NCBI GenBank assembly: GCA_042216335.1
Contig: JBDGTY010000051.1
Location: 1 to 11,365, forward strand
Reading direction: 5' to 3'
From: Candidatus Nanohalobium sp.
GTDB lineage: Archaea > Nanohalarchaeota > Nanosalinia > Nanosalinales > Nanosalinaceae
Length of the DNA stretch: 11,365 nucleotides
Shown here: positions 6,480-11,365 of the stretch, in pieces
How the letters are laid out: each line of letters begins with the position of its first letter
Position numbering within the stretch: position 1 is the first letter of the stretch
Made by a program: the position numbers and the translations under genes
Notes under the pieces: generated by a model
Database searches by the model: none
What the model was told of the DNA's origin: nothing
What the model saw: the letters and a program-made list of their open reading frames with translations, nothing else

Positions 6480-8681
6480 TTAGTCCCACTGAGAGCCATC
6501 GAACCTCTTGACCTTGAAAGGCCTTACCCAGTTGCTTCCGTCATAAACTTTGACAGTTCCAGGTGTGAAACTGGAATTGTAGTACTGTAGTCCGTAACCT
6601 GTCTTCAAACTCACAGTATTTGAATCAGAACTTGTGTGTTCCGTGAAGGCTCTCACCTTTGCCTGATAATCCTGATTGAACAGAAGTTCTGAAGTCGTGA
6701 ATGAGGTACTATTCGCCGATATGTCGCTTCCCTGCTGAGAGAAAGTTGAGCCTCCGTCCGTGGAAAGCATCAGTCTGAATCCGTCCTCGTTGTTTGAGTT
6801 ATCAGTCCAGGAAGCAGTTATTTTGTTGTTGTTGTCGATGACGGATGCGGTGTCTATTCCCGGCGATGGCAGGATCGTCGTTCCTGAAACAGTCGAAGAG
6901 TCAGTGTAGTAGTATGACTGCACTGTGCCGTGGCGTGCCTGCTCGGAGGTAGCTCTGACAAACGTCTCGTACTTCTCCCCGTCAAGAAGCCCTGTGAAAG
7001 TGTAAGAATTCAGATTTGCTGAAAGATTATCAATGTGGTTCCACGTACTTGTCCCCTTCGGCCGTATCTTGGTCTCGTACTTGGTGTTAACGGATGCATT
7101 ATCGGTCCATGAAGCAGTGATTTCACGTTCCGTGGAAGTATCCAGAGACAGTCCAGAAGGTGCTGCAGGCTTCGTAAACTCATGAAGTACATCACTGACG
7201 ACCACCCGGTCTACAGCGAACTGGTCGCCACCTCCGGTAGATCCCGTAAACCGCAGCCTGTTATCTGTAGAGAGTTTACTGGCTGGAACATGCTCCACTA
7301 TCTCGACCCATCCCTGCCGGTTGTATTCGTTGTGGATTTCTCTAAGATTACTCCAGGAACTACCGTCGTACCACTGGATCTTCCCATACTCACTGGACCC
7401 ATCCGCCGACTCGATAGCCACCGCACACTTCACGATGACATCAGACTCACTGCTCAGATCACCGAGATTCTTGGTGACACTATTTGTAGAGTCAAGCCGG
7501 AGATAGTAAGTACCTTCATCCGCACCACCGACACTCCCAGCCGGCAACCCACCGCTGACAATACCGGACTGGGAATCACTAAGACTCGTAGAACTCCACT
7601 CAGCTAAGTCCTGATCCTCAAAGTCATCACTGAAAAAGAGGTTGCCCTTGTTGCCGTAGTCGGCGTAGACCCAATCAGACGTACCCCCATCGGGTGCTAT
7701 CGTCCGAAGGCGGTACTGGAATCGAGCATCAGACGGTGGAGAATCGCTGTATGAAGTCGCGCCAGCACTGGTCGTTGTAACGGTACTCCACGCTGAGTAG
7801 CCACTACCTGTGTCGTCACGGCGCTGGACTTCGACACCGCTCTCTATACTACTCTTATTACTCCACGAGAGCGAAACTGTCGAAGCGTCAGGCCGCGACA
7901 CACTCGGGTTGTGCGACGGGATTGGCTCGGTGTAGACCGTTCCCGAGTACGTCCATGACGAGTTACCCACCGAATTTTCGGCTCTTACACGGAAACGGAA
8001 CGACGAGTCGATGCCAACCTGTGAATTGTATGAATTATCGCTGTTCGGGTTATAAGTAGCAGATGTAGTGCCTGAATTTGGAGTAGCATTACCTCCAGAG
8101 GGGGTTGTGTAGCTTGCTCCGTCGCGGCTTAGTTGAACCCGATAATTGCCTTGGTCGCCATTCCAGTTCACCGACGACCATGAAACATCAATCTTATCAT
8201 TTCCTTGGACAGATGTAGAGACTGAGGTCGGAGCAGAGGGTGCTGTTACTGGAGTGTATGCTGTTATTGCGGCGAAATTATACATAGTGGCATAACTACC
8301 ACTATCAGTGTTTCCATCGTAGTAACTGGCCGTAACATCGAAGTCACTCGATGACTTTGGTCCTCCATATTGATCATAACCATAGATGTATGATGAATCG
8401 CTCCCCCCATCAACCCAAATCTTTTTACTAAATGAAGCAGAAACCGAAACATCGAAGTGAATTGTCTCTCCACCGCTGAAATTTCCTGTTCGTACTGCAT
8501 CTGGATTTGATGGATCTCCTATAGCCACACGGCTACATGAAACGTTGGACATTAGAGTTACTTCTACAGAAGATAAATCGGTATTTGCTTCTATAACAAC
8601 CCCTCTTTCTGTATTAGGATAATCTTCAGTAGTCCAACCATCTGTGCTGTATGTGATAGTACTTCCTTTTTGTTCAGCCAT
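6480..8681 (-). CDS. Fibronectin type III repeat protein with jelly-roll/lectin-like insert; putative adhesin or tail-fibre-like protein; no signal peptide
   Basis: S/T/G/D-rich. Four FN3-like units (aa ~146-251, 253-342, 504-602, 604-695; W..Y/F-R-V-R-A pattern), FFSDDFE...FAVDRVVV beta-sandwich (aa ~349-497), C-terminal VKVYDGSNW..VKRFDGSQWD. Confidence 0.9.
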   Translation of the reverse strand: MAEQKGSTITYSTDGWTTEDYPNTERGVVIEANTDLSSVEVTLMSNVSCSRVAIGDPSNPDAVRTGNFSGGETIHFDVSVSASFSKKIWVDGGSDSSYIYGYDQYGGPKSSSDFDVTASYYDGNTDSGSYATMYNFAAITAYTPVTAPSAPTSVSTSVQGNDKIDVSWSSVNWNGDQGNYRVQLSRDGASYTTPSGGNATPNSGTTSATYNPNSDNSYNSQVGIDSSFRFRVRAENSVGNSSWTYSGTVYTEPIPSHNPSVSRPDASTVSLSWSNKSSIESGVEVQRRDDTGSGYSAWSTVTTTSAGATSYSDSPPSDARFQYRLRTIAPDGGTSDWVYADYGNKGNLFFSDDFEDQDLAEWSSTSLSDSQSGIVSGGLPAGSVGGADEGTYYLRLDSTNSVTKNLGDLSSESDVIVKCAVAIESADGSSEYGKIQWYDGSSWSNLREIHNEYNRQGWVEIVEHVPASKLSTDNRLRFTGSTGGGDQFAVDRVVVSDVLHEFTKPAAPSGLSLDTSTEREITASWTDNASVNTKYETKIRPKGTSTWNHIDNLSANLNSYTFTGLLDGEKYETFVRATSEQARHGTVQSYYYTDSSTVSGTTILPSPGIDTASVIDNNNKITASWTDNSNNEDGFRLMLSTDGGSTFSQQGSDISANSTSFTTSELLFNQDYQAKVRAFTEHTSSDSNTVSLKTGYGLQYYNSSFTPGTVKVYDGSNWVRPFKVKRFDGSQWD

Positions 8682-8754
8682 AAAATATCACTTGTTATAT
8701 ATCACGTGTAGGTTTACACCATTTCATCCCCATTCATTAAAATCTCAGATTACG

Positions 8755-9168
8755 TCACTGGTTCGGCACCTCGACAGTATGGGTAACAGTGGCTTTGTCG
8801 CCGTCCTGGCTCAGAGGAATGTTAGCGAACTTCTCTTGTTTTGTCACCTGAGTGGCACCCGTTCCCGAGCCGCCGTTGAAGATGGCAGAATACTGGAGTG
8901 TCGTGGGAAGTGGGATGTCGCTATCCGAACCACTTACATCGAACTTGACTTTCAGAACGTTGTCGGCATCGGTATCGGTCCACTGACATCGAGAGTCGCC
9001 AGTAATCGAGACGCGCGTTACAGCTGTACCGCTGTCTTCGTACAGTTCGATATAGTCCCATTATGGGGGCGTTGCGGCACTGCTGTTACTAGTTCTGTGA
9101 AGATTCTGAACTACCATATTCGCATTTTTGGGTGTTGTATCCGTTGATTTTGAGGATTTTGTGTCCAT
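8755..9168 (-). pseudogene. Stop-interrupted gene resembling a small viral tail-module protein (absent from the ORF track)
   Basis: One frame from ATG 9168: MDTK...NSSAATPP*WDYIELYEDSGTAVTRVSITGDSRCQW...GSDSDIPLPTTLQYSAIF...DKATVTHTVEVPNQ*, with internal TAA at 9063..9061 and 101 protein-like codons after it. Viral resemblance is from recall, not a search. Confidence 0.75.
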
Positions 9169-9208
9169 GATGCTTCATCCTGTGTGTACTCTTATTAAAA
9201 GCTTCCAG

Positions 9209-9583
9209 CTAGGACGTATCAATCCAGATGTCGTTGGTGTCGGGATTTGAGGGTGCTGAACTGCCTACGTGGATACTGTGGCCGTCGACGGTTTCTGCGT
9301 TTACTCCGGAGCTCCCTTGGTTGGCGGGCTGTATCAGGCTCCAGGCCCCGGTTACGGAGGAGGATAGAGCCAGTGTGCCGGCGCCTACGCCGAGCATCTT
9401 AATGAAGCTGCGCCTGGAGACTTTCTCGTTCTCTACATCTTTTTCTGCTTCTTTTGTTTCTCCGCTGGTTTTTCTTTTCTCCAGTTTTTCTTCCAGTCTT
9501 TTCTCTACTTTCTGCTCGACTAATTCCTCGAGCCTTTCTGGCATATCAATGTCTTCAAAGTTTTCACCATCTTCTTCCGGCAT
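9209..9583 (-). CDS. Small twin-arginine (Tat) signal protein with tail-fibre-like C-terminus
   Basis: SRRSFIK at aa 56-62 followed by hydrophobic MLGVGAGTLALSSSVTGA; 55-aa charged helical N-region; C-terminus NAETVDG..VGSSAPSNPDTNDIWIDTS. Confidence 0.88.
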   Translation of the reverse strand: MPEEDGENFEDIDMPERLEELVEQKVEKRLEEKLEKRKTSGETKEAEKDVENEKVSRRSFIKMLGVGAGTLALSSSVTGAWSLIQPANQGSSGVNAETVDGHSIHVGSSAPSNPDTNDIWIDTS

Positions 9584-9830
9584 AAATCCTATTTTTGAGT
9601 CCTTTTTGAAATAAGTTGTCTTCCGGGAGTGGATGCCGGTTCGCGGTCGATGAAGGAGGAATAATTTTATTTCGCCTCGACAGGGAAATCTAAGGAGTGA
9701 TCGGTGTCGAGACCCATTTGCCTTTGCTCAGCGAGGGTTCAGTGATTTATTGAAGGAGGAAGGGGTTTCAGCCTGAATCTTACATTTTCCTTACATGCTC
9801 GTTTTTCTCGGCAAAAACCTGGCTCCTCCC

Positions 9831-9877
9831 TTATAAAGATGGCTGGTCAATTCATAATTACAACTTACAAGGAGGTG
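9831..9877 (+). promoter_or_regulatory. TATA box (TTATAAA, 9831-9837) and SD (GGAGGTG, 9871-9877) of the cold-shock gene
   Basis: Consensus archaeal TATA and strong SD 11 nt before ATG 9889. Confidence 0.6.
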
Positions 9878-9888
9878 TTATTTGGTTT

Positions 9889-10089
9889 ATGCAAGGTACA
9901 GTTAAGTTCTTCCACGATGGAGACGGTTACGGATTCATCGAGACGGAAGAGATGGACGAAGACGTTTTCTTCCACATGAGTGAACTGCCTGAAGGAACAG
10001 AGGATCCTGAAGAAGGAGACGCTGTTGAATTCGAGCAGGAAGAAGGCGACAGAGGTCCAAAGGCAACAAACGTAGAGTTTGTTGAATAA
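9889..10089 (+). CDS. csp: Cold-shock protein (CspA family)
   Basis: GTVKFF, RNP1 GYGFI, RNP2 VFFH, C-terminal GPKATNV; 66 aa. Confidence 0.97.
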   Translation: MQGTVKFFHDGDGYGFIETEEMDEDVFFHMSELPEGTEDPEEGDAVEFEQEEGDRGPKATNVEFVE

Positions 10090-10116
10090 GTCCTTCAGTT
10101 TTTAGCTGAAAGACTT
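10088..10116 (+). terminator. Stem-loop followed by pyrimidine tract between convergent csp and DsrE-like genes
   Basis: AAGTC-C-TTCAGTT / TTT / AGCTGAA-A-GACTT: 12 pairs (one G-U) with one mismatch, then T/C-rich sequence. Confidence 0.65.
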
Positions 10117-10173
10117 CCTTTGAACTCTTCACAACTTTTCTCTTTCCTATACTTTTCACACAGAACGATTCTC

Positions 10174-10512
10174 TCAGTTGACTTTGATGTAGTTGAAGTC
10201 ATTTTCCTGCAGTCTGTTCAGTTCCGCGACGCCGGAGGAAACGAGTTCGGCATCTTCGATAATTTTGTCTTCATCTACTTCTCTGTTTTCCACGGAGTTG
10301 CTGCAGGCTTTAAACGAGACTTTTTCCGGATATTCTCTGATGAATTCTGCTGCTTCGGAACCTTTTTCCAGCATCTTGACTGCGTCGCCGTTCAGGACTA
10401 CGGCTATCTCCTCTACTTCAGTTGTTTTATCGCTAATCAAATTCTGGATGTTTCCGAGTAGTTCGCTTTGCCGTGTTTTGTCGTTGGTGTTGAGGTGGAA
10501 GACAGTCTTCAT
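10174..10512 (-). CDS. DsrE/DsrF-like family protein
   Basis: KTVFHL, NIQNL, VVLNGDAV, conserved Cys in FKACSNS, VSSGVAEL..LQ..YIK. Confidence 0.92.
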   Translation of the reverse strand: MKTVFHLNTNDKTRQSELLGNIQNLISDKTTEVEEIAVVLNGDAVKMLEKGSEAAEFIREYPEKVSFKACSNSVENREVDEDKIIEDAELVSSGVAELNRLQENDFNYIKVN

Positions 10513-10548
10513 GTGGAAGTCTGGGAACTTCCGGGATTTAACGGTTCT

Positions 10549-10896
10549 TCAACTGTTTCGTGTTAAAATGACGAGTGCTGTGGCTGGTACTGCCAGCAGG
10601 AATGTGAGGCCTATGGTGAGCCAGTGCCATGCGTTGACGCCCAGTGGATAGCTGAGAGGCGATCCGATAAGCACGAGTATGAGGCCGGTTGCTCCGGCCA
10701 TGTCGACGAAGTAGTTCATCTGTCCGGATCCGCGGTAGGCTCCTCCGATGAGGACGGTGAGGCCGTAGATCCCTAGGAATACCTGTGAGAGAAATGTGTA
10801 GCTGAACCCTGTCTTCTGGAGGACCTGCGGAAGGGCTGCTACTGCTAGGCCTGTCAGCATCATCGTGAAGCTTATCCCGCTCTGATCTTCTGCCAT
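10549..10896 (-). CDS. Hypothetical membrane protein (about 4 TM)
   Basis: 115 aa with four hydrophobic segments. Confidence 0.8.
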   Translation of the reverse strand: MAEDQSGISFTMMLTGLAVAALPQVLQKTGFSYTFLSQVFLGIYGLTVLIGGAYRGSGQMNYFVDMAGATGLILVLIGSPLSYPLGVNAWHWLTIGLTFLLAVPATALVILTRNS

Positions 10897-10955
10897 ACTA
10901 TTTGCTTCCGCAGGGAGAAATAAAGAGGTAAGGGGGAAAAGAGAAGAGGAACGAG

Positions 10956-11363
10956 TTAGAAGATGGAAGTGATCCCTTTCCAGAGACCTGTCAGGAAGTC
11001 CATCAGGAAGTTGCCCTGGGTGAAGTCTCCGGTGATGGATTCGTCTTCCTCGACAATTTCGACTGTCTTGACTCCTGTGAACTTCTTGCCGTCTATCCTG
11101 ACTTCGGCCTTTATTGTGTAGGTTCCGGGCTGGAGGTCGCCGGGCCTGAAATCTCGGATGATGACGTCGCCCACGCTGACGTTCTGGACGTTTTCGTATA
11201 CTATTGTTCCTTCGCTGTTGGTTATCGAGGTGGTGATCTCGACTGTTTCGAAAGTCTCCGGCCTTGCGTTGTCCCAGATCTTGACGGCGTAGCTCGGGTC
11301 GGTGGACGATAGCCGTGCCGTATTACCCAGGATAGCCACATCCATCTCACCTTCAAACTCGTC
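10956..11363 (-). CDS. 3' end of a probable surface protein with an Ig-like domain (5'-partial)
   Basis: Frame is open to the window edge (DEFEGE precedes the listed Met). Beta-rich with LQPGTYTIKAEV; ends ITGDF + amphipathic FLMDFLTGLWKGITSIF. Confidence 0.8.
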   Translation of the reverse strand, partial: DEFEGEMDVAILGNTARLSSTDPSYAVKIWDNARPETFETVEITTSITNSEGTIVYENVQNVSVGDVIIRDFRPGDLQPGTYTIKAEVRIDGKKFTGVKTVEIVEEDESITGDFTQGNFLMDFLTGLWKGITSIF

Positions 11364-11365
11364 GA

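Noticed and set aside
350-9090. 10-mer repeats CACTGCTGTT (350-359, 9078-9087) and TGCTGTTACT (8241-8250, 9081-9090) near apparent junctions
   Set aside because: About 60 chance 10-mer pairs are expected in 11 kb and no recombinase is present; not supportable as att or recombination sites.
8644-9147. 167-aa plus-strand ORF in the gap
   Set aside because: Cys/Arg-rich, non-acidic antisense shadow of the minus-strand pseudogene.
6480-9583. Intact provirus or mobile element
   Set aside because: No integrase, capsid, terminase or transposase, and no duplicated tRNA 3' end seen in the window.
9620-9880. SRP RNA, RNase P RNA or CRISPR array in the spacer
   Set aside because: Their conserved motifs and regularly spaced repeats are absent.
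5562-10651. Other small overlapping ORFs (5562..5771, 5957..6286, 6028..6249, 7010..7195, 7182..7607, 7321..7506, 8264..8500, 9228..9614, 9935..10159, 10120..10461, 10193..10651)
   Set aside because: Nested in or antisense to recognisable genes; no motifs.

Overview
Gene-dense archaeal chromosomal window with very acidic proteins, TTTAA(G) TATA boxes about 25 bp before starts and GGAGGTGA Shine-Dalgarno (SD) sites. It looks like a halophilic DPANN archaeon, most likely a nanohaloarchaeon (inference, not a database result). Left to right: tRNA-Pro(GGG); a stand-alone ProRS-type anticodon-binding domain; a probably degraded ORF; a rhomboid protease; two hypotheticals; a TraB/GumN protein; an ABC ATPase and permease; a YbhB/YbcL (PEBP) protein; a hypothetical; an accessory minus-strand block (6480-9583); a cold-shock protein; a DsrE-like protein; a membrane protein; and the 3' end of a surface protein. 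The most interesting part is 6480-9583. It encodes a tiny twin-arginine (Tat)-signal protein ending in a tail-fibre-like motif (SAPSNPDTNDIWIDTS), an unannotated stop-interrupted gene resembling a viral tail-module protein, and a signal-less, compositionally mosaic 733-aa FN3/jelly-roll protein ending in the complementary motif (KVYDGSNW..KRFDGSQW). This suggests a two-part, virus-derived, Tat 'hitch-hiker' adhesin system (hypothesis).
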